From the NCBI RefSeq assembly GCF_009914755.1, contig NC_060929.1: a stretch of 64,000 bases of DNA. One strand, given 5' to 3'. Positions 13,203 to 26,092 of the stretch are shown piece by piece. Each line of letters opens with the position of its first letter. Positions within the stretch are counted from its first letter, which is position 1. The position numbers and the translations under genes were made by a program. The DNA comes from the human T2T-CHM13v2.0 reference genome, Homo sapiens. The notes beneath the pieces are model-generated. The model had not been told where the DNA came from, did no database searches, and saw only the letters and a program-made list of their open reading frames with translations.

Positions 13203-14039
13203 GTAAGACATCTGTGTCTGTGGATTTAAACCAAAAAGGGAGACTCTAATTTACAGAGCAGTTAAAGTGAGCTTTGCTTTCCCCTGGGCTTGCAGGCTGA
13301 TGAGAACCTTTCTCAAGCCCCATTAACACGTACAGCCACTCCAGACCTTTCTAGACTTAAAACCAACAGGGCAAACGGGAGAGGAGGGAAATCTTGGTTG
13401 GCCTGAAAAGTGGATGTTTATAGATAATAGGAGGTTTTAGAAAAAGACATTTTGTAGCTTCTCAGACTTTTACAACATTGATGGGAGTTAATGTTTCGAG
13501 AAATGGTATTATGATGAAGTTGTATGCTGAATTAATTTTCCATAAATAAGACCATACATTTCCACAGATTGCTTTGCCTGCTGTATAATGAGAGTGTGTG
13601 CTCTTGCTGGATGAGCATTCTCTCCCCTTCCTCCACCTACCGCCTCTTCTCTCCATGAGCCCTAGAGTAAAAGTGATCTGGGTATGTCTCCACTGGTTGT
13701 AAGGCCTTGAGTAAGTCACTTAATTCTTCTGAATCTCAGGGTCATCAATGGTGACATTGCAAGTTTGTCCTGAGGTTTAAACACAGAACATGTGGGTCTC
13801 CTTGGAACTCCTTTCAAGCTTCTGTTTCTTTGTCTTCTCTTCTCTGCTGTTCCATTAAGCACCAAAAGTTCTGATGTCAAAAGAGCAGCTAAGTCTTTAC
13901 TGAGAATTCACCAGTTGCCCCTCCCTGGGGCCATCACTAACCCCAAGATGTGCATTTTGGAAGCTATCTGAATTGGAGGGGGCCCCTAAGGAATGAATTT
14001 CAAGTGAAAGCCTTTCAGACTCAGCACCTACTCAGTGCT

Positions 14040-14270
14040 AATAATCATTACTCCTATTAAGGACATACGATGTGCTAAGCATTGTGCTGAAGGTTTTGTA
14101 GGCATTACCTTCCTTAATCCTTGCCACAAACCTTATGAGGTAGGTGTTTTGTTACATCTTTTTTACAGATGGGAAACTGAGGATCAGAGAACTTAAGTAA
14201 CCTAGCCAAGGTCACACAGCTATTAAGTGGCAAAGCTGGAGTCAATCCCAGGTCTGATTCCAACCCTTAT
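14040..14270 (-). mobile_element. MIR (near full length)
   Basis: ttttacagatgggaaactgagg..ccaaggtcacacagct. Confidence 0.85.
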
Positions 14271-14589
14271 GGTCAAGAAGGGGGCTAGGAATAACATATG
14301 TGTATCATTCACCCCATGCCAGGGTGACTTCCATAGAAAGGTTGTATGTCCAGGATACCAGAAGGAAGAGGAGGCCACACACGATAGAAACACCTGGAGA
14401 CACTTCCCAGAAGTGGGGTCATTTGAGCAGGGCCCTGAGGATTAGTCTGGGTTCTGGCAGACAGAGATGAGGAGGGAAGAGAGTATTAGAGGAAAGACCA
14501 AATGCAAAGACAAGGAGACTGGAGAGCATGGCATTTGTTTTGGGGATGTGGATGTATCCAGTAATGTGCCACCATATGAGCGGGTGCTA

Positions 14590-14720
14590 CCTATCATTAT
14601 TTGCATTTTACACATTAGGAAAATGAGGCACAGAGAGGGTAACTGATTTGGCCAAGGTCACACAGCTAAGTGGCAGGGCTGGAATTTAAACTGCCATCTC
14701 TCTGACTCCACTTCCACAGG
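14590..14720 (-). mobile_element. MIR
   Basis: gaggcacagagagggtaac..ccaaggtcacacagctaagtggcag. Confidence 0.75.
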
Positions 14721-15789
14721 GTAGAGAGCACATATGGATCTCAATTCAGTCACAACTAAGAGAAAGGCTTTAGTACCTGCGGCTTCTCGGAGGATCCCAG
14801 GGCCAGCAGCCCAGCCATGCCAGAGGTTTGCACATCAATATGCCCCTGACCTGGAAATGTAGCGGGGAGAATAGTGGGGACAGGACAATGTTCAAGTTCT
14901 AAGACACCAACAGTAAGAATCTACCTTTGCGCCACACCCAGCTTTCTTCTCACTCCCGCCTTGGGATCAGATTACTCTCTTGCATTCTTTTACATTTCAT
15001 AAAAACTGTTCATTAACCATGTGCCAGACCCTTAAACAATACTGAGGCAGAAGGTTGGTTTAGAAACCTGTGGGAGGTCATGTAGTGAGCAAGTGGTAGA
15101 TGGAGGATTCATTCCCAGCCTGGGCTGCTCACTGCTGTGCTATTCCCCTCTCTTGGGGAAAAGAGCAGGGGACAGATGAAGAGATGGGCTCTTGTGAAGC
15201 CCATCCTGTTTCTCCTAATGGCCCCACAAGGCAGCTGGTTATAGGTGAGGCTCAGGAGCTCTGAATGGTTTACCAGGGCTGGTGGAATCAACACAGGAGT
15301 CCAGATCCTGACCCTTCATGCTGCGCCACGTCCACCTGCCCTCAGAGTCTCCAGGCCACCACCTCTCCTCCAGTCTGTCCCCAGGCAGCAGTTGCTGGTG
15401 GACCCTGGGTGTCTCCAACACCACCACAGCCAAGGTCCTGGCCTCAGGCTCTTGTTAACCTGAGAACTTCTGCCTGCAGGGGGCAGGGACCCCAGGCCCC
15501 TGGTAGTTCTGTTTATGTGGGTTTTGGAATCAATGGAGTCATGGCTGGTTTCATTCTATGGCCAGAAACTGCCTTGGTCCTAGAGGGACATTTATAGGGC
15601 CCCAGGCAATATCCACAGATGGACCAGATGCTGATGTTGGCATACACACAGAAATCCTGTTTGGAGAAAAGTAAGGTATAAAGGGCACCAGAGGGGATCC
15701 CCTGCCATGGAATTAAGGGGAATCACCAAGGTAGTGATGAGAGTGGAGACTCATCTCCATGTGTTTGTGGAGGAAAGAAGGGAGTATGT

Positions 15790-16060
15790 GCATTTATTCA
15801 TTCATTCATTTATACATATTATTCACTCAACAGACACAGGTGGGGAGCCTATTATGTACCAAGGAATGTGCTAGGCATCAGAGAAATAGCGGGGTACAGA
15901 ACAGAGTGAATCCTTACCCTCACAGAGCCCCCTCACTATACTGGTGATGACAGGCATTGGGGAAGGGGAACAGCTGATGAGCACATAAATCAAATACCTA
16001 AGTTAGGTGATGGGGGAAAGTGACATGGATGGAAACAAACTAGGGAAGGGGCTGGGAGGT
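15790..16060 (-). mobile_element. L2 3' end
   Basis: (ttca)n followed by gagcctattatgtaccagg..gtgctaggc. Confidence 0.65.
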
Positions 16061-16394
16061 CTGGTGGGTGGGATTTGTTTGGAATGGATCATCATCCTCA
16101 CTCCAAAAGGAGCTAGAATTTGGTTCTTTATCTCGTAAACAAATGGGTCTTAATTTAGAGAATCCAGATTCACTCCTCAGGGGTAAACTGCAGGCAAAGC
16201 TCCAATACCTCAGCGGGGAATGCTTGGAGCCAAAATGACATGAGAGTGAAGTTTCTCTTGGCTCCTCACAGCATCAGTGAACTCTCAGCTGATGGGGTAA
16301 GGGAGGTGGTTTGCACCCAGAAGCCCGGGCCCATTCTCATAAGGTGGGGATGGCAGTAGCACTTCCAGGAGAAGGTGTCGGTGAAGACCAGAAT

Positions 16395-16632
16395 GTTCTG
16401 GTGTCCTATCACACAGTAGGGTGACTACGTCAACAGTAAGGTGTTTTATATGTCAAAATAGCTAGAAGTGAGAATTTTGAATGTTCCCACTACAAAGAAG
16501 TGGTAGATGCTGGCAGAGATGGGTACACTAATTACCCTGAGCTGATTATTACACAATGCATACATGTACCAAAACATCACACTGTATGTACCCCATAAAT
16601 ATGCACAATCGTTATGCATCAATTTCTTAAAC
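16395..16632 (+). mobile_element. L1MA 3' end
   Basis: cacagtagggtgactacgtcaac..aaaatagctagaag..aattaccctga..accccataaatatg. Confidence 0.85.
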
Positions 16633-17069
16633 AGACCAAAATGAATATGTGTCCCTGTGCCACGGGTTGCCTGTAGAGGTGCAGGGCTTCTTGCTGTCTG
16701 TTATGGAAGCAGTCGGGCCTTTTCCCGACTCCCAGTGAGATGGCCAGGAGATCTGGGGCTCAGTTTTCCTGAAACAAAGATAAGGACCCAGAGTGTGACT
16801 TCAGCTCACCATGTTGTTACACGTTAAAGCGTGGTCTTGGTGCCCGAACTAAATTTGAATCAGCTGCCTTCTATTAGGGCCTCCTTTCGAAGTCTCTGGT
16901 GGCCAAAGAAACACAAATTTATGACAGAGTGGCTTTGCTTTGTAAACTTAAGCCCTCAAAAGGGGACTTCACTGGGAATCTCTATTAAGATATTTATGAA
17001 CTTCATTTTTTAAAAAAATAGTAAATATGATCAGCTTTGAATTATTTGATTTATTTTCATTAATTGCCA

Positions 17070-18340
17070 GTCATCCAAAAGAATTTATTGAGCACTTGTA
17101 GGTACCAGACACTGTTCTAGGCACAGATGTGAGCAAGATACATATGGCCCCTGTTCTAATGTAGCACACAGTGTGGTATTGACACAGAGTAAATGGGTAG
17201 TCGTAACATGGGGCTCTGAGAGGGGAAGGAAGCGGGTATCTTAGGAGATACTTAAAGGTCAGGGATGGCTTCATGGAGGAAGGAGTTAGCTGGATGAAGA
17301 GTGGTGGGAGCAATGTAGATGCCCAGGTGAGAGTGGGGCCAGCCTGGAGTGGAGAGGGCATTGAGCACACAGCTAGAGTGTCATAACCTGGGGAGGGCGG
17401 TTTAGGGAGGTGAAGGAGAGAGATGCTAGGGCTGCCAGAGCAAAGTATCACCGACTGGGTGGTTAAAACAACAGAAATGTATGTTCTCATCATTCTGGAG
17501 GCAGGAAGTTTGAGATCCAGGTGTTAGCTGGGTTGGTTTCTCCTGAGGCCTCTCTCCTTGGGTGGTAATGGCCATTTTCCTCTTTGCCTTCACATGGGCT
17601 TCCCTCTGTTCGTGTCTGTGTCCTTATCTCCTTTTTGTATAAAGACGTCAGGCATATTGAATTAAGGGCCCCCACACATGACCTCATTTTAACTTAATTA
17701 CCTCGTTAAAGACTCTATCTACAAATACAGTCATGTTCTGAATTACTGGAGGCTGGGGCTTCAATGTATGAATTTTATGGGACACAATTCAGCCTGTAAT
17801 GGATGCATAGTCACTGGATCAAGCAAGGCCTTGGAACCATGTTAAGAAACATGGACTTTATCTGGAAGGCAAGGGGGAGTCACTGAAGAGTCTTACACAG
17901 AGCGGCGATGCTCATGTTTACATTTGGCAGAGATCTTACAGCAGCGAGGGGAAAATTGGAGAAGGATAGAGTTGGGTTCAGAAGCTATGAGGATGTTGTC
18001 TAAGAAAATTCTTGGCAGAGGGAGATTAGGAGGTAGAAACTGCAGAACCTGTGATGGGTCACTCCTGAGGGGCAGAGCAGGGGAGTGTCAAGGTAAGCTG
18101 GATTTCTGGTTTGGGCCACTGGGTGCACCATGGAAATCTTCACTGAGAGTCGTGGTCTGGGTGAGGGAAAGGAGGTGAGTCCAACATTAGGGGGGCATGC
18201 TGAGTTTCAGGGCCCTTTGGGACATCTGAGTGGGGCAGGTCTCAAGCTCCTGAAATAATTCTGGGTTGGAGATATGGATTTAGGACTCATTAGCTTGGAT
18301 GGTAGTTGAAGCCATGGGAATGGATGCGGGAGGGGGGCTA
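17070..18340 (-). mobile_element. L2, interrupted by MLT1B
   Basis: atttattgagcacttgtaggtaccagacactgttctagg; resumes after 17800 with ggccttggaaccatgttaag..ggactttatc. Confidence 0.7.
17424..17799 (-). mobile_element. MLT1B solo LTR
   Basis: agggctgcc..caacagaaatgtatgttctc..atgacctcattttaacttaattacctc..ggacacaattcagcc. Confidence 0.85.
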
Positions 18341-18979
18341 GCCATGAGTTTGAATATTCAGAAGGGAGCTGGCAACTCTTCTTACTAATGCTGGAGACGT
18401 GTATGTGCCCAGAATGACTAACACCTCCGCTCATATGAAGGCCCAGTTAATCTTCAAGCCCAGGTTTTCCTCTCTGAGGAACCACTGGGGTCCTGGGGTA
18501 AGAGAGGATCTTGGGTCTCCTGGGCATTTTCTCCCTTCCCAAGACCTGAGGATGTTTAATCAATTTTTGATAGTTGATGAGTCACTGGATGCCTTCCCAG
18601 CTGAGTCAGCGAAGGTACCCCTCCTGGGAAGCACAACCCAGGCAGTTCCAAGTACCGGCCTTGTTTATCAGAGGGATGGGACGAGAGGGTGAGGTGTGAC
18701 TTCCCAGAGCAGCGAGCTTCAGTGTCTGACTACATGGGGCAAGGAAAGACACCAGTGGACAAAAGGTATTTGCTGGGCTTAAGGGTGCGTGACGCATGTT
18801 TTTGGTAGTAGTAGCAGATTTGTCTTTTTAAGATGTCTTTTTTGAGCCACTTTTAAAATAACAACAGCTGACATTTATAGAATCTTCATCAGCTTCCAGA
18901 CAATGTGCTAAGCATTTTACCTGCATTGTCTCAATTCGTCCTTACAGGGAAGCACTGTGGTTATTCCGATTGTACTAAG

Positions 18980-19388
18980 GATGTGATAGAAGTCACACGA
19001 TGTGACTTCTGAGGCTAGGACATGAAAGCGTCTACCTGGCTCTCTCAGTCTGTCTCAGGATGTATGCCAGGGAGCCACAAGCCAACTTGTGAAATGTTTG
19101 GTTACCCTGCAGGTGCTGTGCTGGAGAGAGCATGTGGAGAGACACCACAGAGAGTGATGTCCAAGGATCCTCTGCTGTTCTAGCCTCCAGATGTTTGGTA
19201 CCAAATGGAGAGTGAGTGAGGCTTCCAACCCCACCTTTGAGCCACCCCAGCTGATCCCAGTAGAGCAGAGATGAGCTGTCCCCACCAAGTCTTGCCCAGA
19301 TTGCAGATCTGTGAACAAATAAGAATTTTTGCTTGAAGCCTCTATGTTTTGGGGTACTTGGTCACGTAGCCCTAGGGCTAACTGAAGT
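18980..19388 (+). mobile_element. MLT1G/H-type LTR
   Basis: gatgtgacttctgaggctagg..agcagagatgagctgtcccc..gcccagattgcagat. Confidence 0.75.
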
Positions 19389-19484
19389 ATAGTGAGAAGT
19401 GACAAGATTCAAGGTTGTATAGCTGCTTAGGGGAAGAACAAAGAAAGTACACTCTCCTTGCATTCAAAGGATATTTCTTCAATT

Positions 19485-19630
19485 TGCTTGCAGTGTGACC
19501 TTTGGCAAGCTACTGAACCTCTCTGTGCCTCAGTTTTCTCATCTGTATGATAGGGATGAAGATGGTATTTCTTCAGAAGGTAGTGATGAGGAATAAATAT
19601 CTCATTCTTGGCATGTAGGAAAAAGCTAGT
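19485..19630 (+). mobile_element. MIR
   Basis: gtgtgacctttggcaagctactgaacctctctgtgcctcagttttctcatctgta. Confidence 0.85.
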
Positions 19631-19734
19631 AAGTAGCTGGGTTGGGGTTTCAATTCAGGCAGTCTAACCCTAGACTCTTTACTGGTAAGCTCAGGTCCAG
19701 AACATTCCCACCAATCCCTGAAAAGGAGGCCAGA

Positions 19735-20070
19735 CGGCAATATCCCAGGTACTCCCATTATTTTCCCCCATACGGCATGATTCTGAGTCCTCCTTGGCCG
19801 CCCTTCTCTGTTCACTGGGCCTTGATACATGATTCTCTGAACTGAAGGCCGCACCATCACTCCTCTCTGTTTAGTGCAGCCCGAGATTACACTGGCTTTT
19901 TTGGCAGTCACATCACATTGTTGACTCATTCTGAGCTGGCAGTCAAAATCCTAAGTGTTTTTATCACATGTGCTAGCATCAAGCTGCATTCCTTCCCATC
20001 TAGGATTGGTGCAATTGGAGTTTTAAAAAATCCAACTGCAGAATTGTTTAGTTTATTAGATTTTGCTCAT
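19735..20070 (-). mobile_element. L3/CR1 ORF2 3' remnant
   Basis: Minus-strand peptide MSQQCDVTAKKASVISGC, then EQRRAAK in a shifted frame, resembles CR1 MSQQC..AKKAN.ILGC / VQRRAT. Confidence 0.75.
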
Positions 20071-21324
20071 TGTGGTAGTGTGCCTAGGAAAGAATCCAGA
20101 TGAGCTCCTCTCCAGGGTTCTCGGAGACACCCTGTATCCTTTTAATATACCTTTCCTTTATTTCTGTAGTCCATTTGAGTGGCTTACTGGTACTCACAAC
20201 ACAAAAAGTAAGCCATAGAGTGACTTCTGGGTGGTCCTTGCTCAGGAGGAAAAGAGGTGTGGCAGGGATGCTGTGGTAGAGGGCAGAGAAAGCAAATGGC
20301 AGGAGCGTGTGCCGGGTGCCACGTCTGAGCCGTGGCAGACCTTGCAGCTGATCATGACTCTCTTTTCTGCTGAGTCAGGAAATGGCCTCTACTTTGATTA
20401 GCTGCCACCTGAATAGGACAGAGTTGAGGACTGAGGACAGAGACTGCTTTCGAAGTGGACCCTGGCATAATTAATCAGGCTTCAAGCACATCGGTTGTTC
20501 GGATGGTTCCCAATTCCCCCAAATGTGCTGCCATCTTACCCTCATTTTCTCAGCTTGCCCACAAAGATAAAATGATATTTTTATCAAGTCTCATTTCTTG
20601 CTGAACTACAAGTTCTCTAAGTGGCCGCATCACTTGATCCTGCTACTCTGGCGATACTACGTACAGTGCTTGCTGAAGTGGTCACTCTGGTTGGTGGGTG
20701 CCACAGAAGGTGGGTGGCTCAGAGTGGACTGAAGAAAGTACCAGAGTCTGATGGACCTCATTTCTGCAGTCAGTGGTGAGGTGCTGGCTCCCATGGTGGG
20801 GGGATTTTCCCAGGTGCCTTAGCTCAGGAAACATATGGTGCTCAGTGGAATGGACCCTGGTGTGTCTCCAGTGGTCTGCATAGCTCCTGGGCAATATGGA
20901 AGGACAGTGCTGACTCAAGCAGAGCCTGAGCCATCTCTAGACGCTTTCCCACCTTGTCCTTGAGTCCTACAAATTAGGTCCTAATTGGTCTGTATTCTCC
21001 CCGCCCCCTTACTCTCCAGCCTAGGGACGTCTTTCCATTCTGGGAATAGGACGCCTTACCTTTACTCCACTCATATTCTCTCAAATATGTTGTATGTGCA
21101 CGAAGCCTTCCTATTTGCCTATGCTTAAGCTCTTGAAGCTCAAGGTTAATCATTAACTTCTTTTTTTTGCCACCCCTTTGCTTTCTTTTATGTCAGCTCT
21201 TCCTTGAGGGAATGAAGGCAGACTGCTGGGCTGAACACAAAAAGGGGAGCAGCCCGGGGTAAAAGGAAATTCTAGAATAAAGAGCACATTGGTTAATAGC
21301 TTAGAAATGTTATCCCCCTAGACG

Positions 21325-21900
21325 AGTAATAGAAAGTTGCTCAAACTCGCCTCAGCAAATTATGGGAACTGATTGTAAGAGGCAGCTTAGGGAAGCCAGG
21401 GGTGGAAATGGCTGATTGGACCGGAAGTGGCACAGGCGCCTTGGGGACGTGCTCTCACAGCTTCTCACTTTGGGTGCCACAGTCTCTCATCTCTGGCTCC
21501 TCTGAATGTCTACCTCATCTCTTCTCTCTCTGGACTGGCTTTCACTGCATTGGTGGACGTATGACATGAGGATACCCAGCCCTGCCCATGGCCCAATTGC
21601 ACCAATTAGAAAAGCTGCCCCTTCAAGAAATATTGTAATTGCCATCTGCCAGGAGACTCAGTTAAAAACACACAAATAAGTGAGGACCATACATGCTCAA
21701 TGGACTGCTGCTGCACGTTTGTGTGCAGTGATGGCAAGTGGGACCCGGAACTCTGGCCTCTGCTTATCCTCAGAAGTGGGCGGCAGAGAAGGAGGAACGT
21801 GCTTGAGTCTCAGTCCCCAAAAAGGGAGGAACTCATTGGCCCAGCTTAGGCCTGGTGTCTGCCTACCTGTGGTTCAGTCAGCTGTGGTCGGTGGGCAGGA
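21325..21900 (-). mobile_element. Old MLT1-type LTR
   Basis: agtaatagaaa..tcaaactcgcctcagcaaattatgggaactgattg and ctcattggcccagcttagg..cctacctgtggttcagtcagctgtgg. Confidence 0.45.
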
Positions 21901-22204
21901 CACACCTGAAGGAGCATATCTTGGCTGTGTGGGTTGGGCAGACATCCCACAATGCTCATGTAGGGGGATTCATCTCATTAACTCTGAGTGTTTCTTCGGC
22001 ATTCCCCCACTATTTTTAACATATCATTTACAATATTGAATTAATAAGACTGGGAATGAAAGTTCTTTGACAGAACACACATGGTAGTTACTTTTGGGAC
22101 TAATTGCTCTGCAGGTCGCCTCGTGCATTACCGTCTGCTATTTTTGCTTAAATTATATGTATCTGCTTTTATGTCACTTCCTAGGTAAACCTTACTTCCC
22201 CCTA

Positions 22205-22675
22205 TAGGAAACATGGTTCACTCAAACAAAGTAAATAAAAGGGCTTTCCTGAAGGTGTGGGCAGATTTAAGGGAATCTGACAAGAAAAGTACGAGCTAAG
22301 AAGGTCTGGCAGCCACTCCCCTGCTAAGCTAGAACAGGCAGGAAGGGAGCACTTACTGGGGCCAGGTGGTGGTAGCTGTAGGGATGTAGGACAGGGCAAC
22401 TCAGGGGACCTGTGGCCTCATGCAGAGGGAGGCAGCCAATCTATAGCCACCTATCAGGGAGGGAGCTGGGCAAATAAATGTCTCCATCTTGTTCTCCTCC
22501 TTCTTCTCTCCAATCTCCTGCCAGTGCCTCCACTGGTTGAACCTAGCTGGGAGCCAGTGGATCAAAGATCCAGTGGACCAAAGGATCCATAAATGTGATC
22601 CTCCTGGGGGTATAAAAAAGGATAGAAATAGGTGGAAAGTGGATCTGGGAGTGGCTAAATGGAAAATATCCAGGA
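22205..22675 (-). mobile_element. LTR33-type ERVL LTR
   Basis: atctcctgccagtgcctccactggttgaacctagctgggagccag..aagtggatctgggag. Confidence 0.65.
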
Positions 22676-23489
22676 TGTTCCAAATTGCATTCCTCTGCTA
22701 TATGCCTTCCCAGACCATTGCACTGCCCCATCACAATGCTCATCCTAGTTTGTCATATCTGCTGAAGGATTAGGCATGCAGAGCATATGCCTCATGGAAG
22801 TTAAGGACTGTATCTGACTTGTCATTGCTGTATGCCCAGAACCTATCCCTGCATCTGATTATCAATGATGTGTAATGGAGCTTGGAACGTGAATGGGCAC
22901 ATATGTCTGATGTCCTCACCTGACCATTCTTTGGGAGCCCTTTGGGGATAGTGAATCTCCCAGTACACTACTTGGGCACAATAAGGACTATTTAGTGAAA
23001 GAACATTCACAATTGAGTGAATGGATGAATTCTAAGGGTGGATCACTTTGAAAATACCTGAATGTCAATCTCATGGTACCAAGTTTATATCAGAATTCAA
23101 CCTCAAATTAACTAACTTCCATTCCAGATCTGTTCCTTTCTTGGTGACATGGCAGCATATACATGCCTCATTTTCTCCTGCCTTATATCCATATCCTCTT
23201 GGTCTGGTGGCACACCTTCCATTTCTTCACAAGCAACCTGGGATGATTAGCTTAGGTCCCCAGCCCAGCCCTACTCAATGGATGAGCTTCAACTAAGATG
23301 GGGACAAGGAGGCTCTCCTGGGATTTTGCCTCTCAAAACCATGGATCATGTGCCTCTCCTCTCCTTCCACTTTCTTTCTTTTTTTTTTTTTGGCTTAAAT
23401 TAAGCAGAGGTGCCATTTTTTGCTTATATTCAAAGAACTCATATCCTCAGACACCAGGAGGGGAGTTCCAGACTTATGAGGCTATACAA

Positions 23490-23700
23490 TGGTATGGTTA
23501 AGGTCTTGGGCATTGCAGCTACATTGCTTGGGCTTGGATCCCAGTTCTGCCATTTTTTGGCTATGTGACCCTAGGCAAGTTACTTATGTTCTCTGTGCCT
23601 CAGATTTCTGATCTTCAAAGTGGAAACATTAGCTGAGATAAAGCATGCAAACACTCTTAAAACAGTTTCTAGTGCATGGTGAACACGCAGTATATATCAC
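23490..23700 (+). mobile_element. MIR
   Basis: ctatgtgaccctaggcaagttacttatgttctctgtgcctcag. Confidence 0.8.
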
Positions 23701-24769
23701 AGGGTCTTGACCATCCAAGCAACTTGAGAAGAAAAAAAAATGATGGAATTATACTTCTTTAAACAAAAAAGAAAAAAATCACAAATCACAGAATAAATTG
23801 GAATGAATTCAATGAGTTTTCAAGGGCTGCTATGTCTTCCTACCCACTCTGATGTGGGGTATGTACAGAGAAAAACGAATCTGGAGCTGTTTCTAAAGGA
23901 GACATTTGAAAATGAGCTTGTGCCTTTTTATTTTTCAAGAAAAATCAGAGGCCAGTGGCTATATGTGCTGTTCTCTCTTTCTTTTCTGGGAAAGTTCATG
24001 AGTTCTTGGCCCCAAATAAGCTTAGTTCTCTACCGCTTCCCACAAGGAAATTAAATTTTCAGGTCCTGCACAAAAGTTTAGTTATCGCTAATATAATCAT
24101 TGGTGCTGTCACTGTAGGTCTGTAGGAGCTGAGTGGAAGGATGGAATTTGACAGCAATAAAAAAGTTCTCCCTCTTCCCCTGCTCTCAGACACTTGGATA
24201 CCCATTTACACATATGTGCACAATGTGACACACACCCTCAGGCACACATGCACAACCACACACACACATACATAAAGGGATGGCTTTCCCAGAGACAGTT
24301 ATCCTGAGTGATGTTTTTAATCCTGAGTTTTATCCTGAGTGATTTTTAAAAAAACTAAATCCATCCAGTATTTTTGGGTGCCCACATAGCCAGAGCTGGG
24401 CATGGGGAAATGGGGAAGAAATTGGTGCTATAAGCATGATTAAAGCTGTAGTCCTGGTCCTGCCTTCTAGGAGATTCTGAAGCAGTGTTTTGGGGGTGAG
24501 AGACACCTACCAGTATCTAATAAAAGGTAGGTTGTGAAAAGGTTATATGAGAGGTTAAAAAGTTGCTAAAGGTTGCTTTGCTTTCTTTCTTTAATTTTTA
24601 ATGTGACTCTGGAGTAGTTTCACAGGTTCTCAGTCTAGCTTTGGAGTCAACCAGCCTTGTTCTGCATTGGTCTGGATTTAAATACTGGATTTGCTGCTTA
24701 TGAGTAGTGACACTTACTGAGCCTTGGTTTCCCAGTCTGTGAACAAGGTACGAACATCACCTGTCTATA

Positions 24770-25230
24770 TGTGTTAAGATTGCATGTGCTGGAAATCACA
24801 GAGGTTAGATGGCAGTGACTTAACCAAATAGGAGTTTGTTTTTCTCATGCAATAAGTAGTTCAGAAGTGGGCAAGCCAGGGTTGGTACCATTGTTCCAGG
24901 GACTCATCAAGGACACAGGCTCCCAGAATCATCCAGAGCCACAGGGTGGCTGCCCTGGTTGCAGGCAAGATAAAGGGGAATGGAGAAAATGGCAGGAAGC
25001 TGAAGACGTGAGCCAGCCACATCTGTACCCCTTTGGAGAGCTTTCTGGAAAGCCCCATTCACTGACTACATCTTATACTTTGTTGGACACACTATGCCAA
25101 GATGACCAACACTATCTGCAAAAAAAAAGCTGGGATATCAAGTATTTTAACTGAACATATAGTTGCCTCAAACAAAATTGAAGTCCTGTCACAAAGGAGG
25201 AAGAAGAGACTCCAGCTGTATCTGCCACAT
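24770..25230 (-). mobile_element. MLT1J-type LTR
   Basis: cagtgacttaaccaaatagg..catcaaggacacaggctcc..aacaaaattgaagtcctgtcacaaaggaggaag. Confidence 0.65.
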
Positions 25231-25859
25231 GATATTGGGAGAGTTGTTGAAGAGATTCCCTGAGATAATTCATGCCAAACTCTTGGCCCAATGCCTGACA
25301 TGTGGTGACTATTATTATTAGCTGGGACTCTCCCCATTGTCTTCTCAGAGGATCCTCCAGCAAGGTGACAAATGTAAATGCAGCCTCCTCAGTGTTCAGG
25401 GACTCCCCCTTCCACCAGCCACTTTCTGTCTGAATCTGAGTCATGCTCATGACTCAGGCCATCTCATCTCTTCCAGAAAGTCTCCCCTCACCTCTGTGGT
25501 CCTCCAAGATATCACCTGCTATTTTCAGAACCTGTAGCATGAAATGACTATATCACCCAAATGTAATTTCAAACATATTTCCTAGTATGAATAGATCTAT
25601 ATCTCTGTGTTTATTTTTTCTCCCAACTAGGTTACAAGTATCTTGATGGCAGGAATTACATTTTATTCCTACAGCCCTGCCACAAAGCTCTGATTACTGG
25701 TTCTTATGCATCTCAGATGCCCACACTGAGTAGACTGTAGGACATTCTGAGGTAGCTAGCTTTTGTTTAATTTGCTGTTGGGCTGAAGTGTGGTGTGCCA
25801 GGGATTTGTTCATGTATGTGCAATAATGAATCATGCTCTTTTGGGCATTTGCTGTTTTT

Positions 25860-26092
25860 TTAAATGTTTTTTGAATTTTTTTATTGATATATAATGGGGT
25901 ACATGTGATATTTTGTTTCATGCATCAAATGTGTAATAATCGAGTCAGGGTATTTAGGGTTTCCATCACCTTGAGTATTTGTCATTCCTCTATGTTGGGA
26001 ACGTTTTAATTCCTCTCTTCTAGCTATTTTGAAATATATAATACATTGTTGTTAATTATAGTTACTCTACTCTGCTATAAAACAGAACTTAC
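25860..26092 (-). mobile_element. L1MA 3' end
   Basis: ggggtacatgtgatattttg..tccatcacc..tcttctagctattttgaaatatata. Confidence 0.85.

Noticed and set aside
24298-24348. Three copies of atcctgagt
   Set aside because: A trivial local slippage duplication with no further structure
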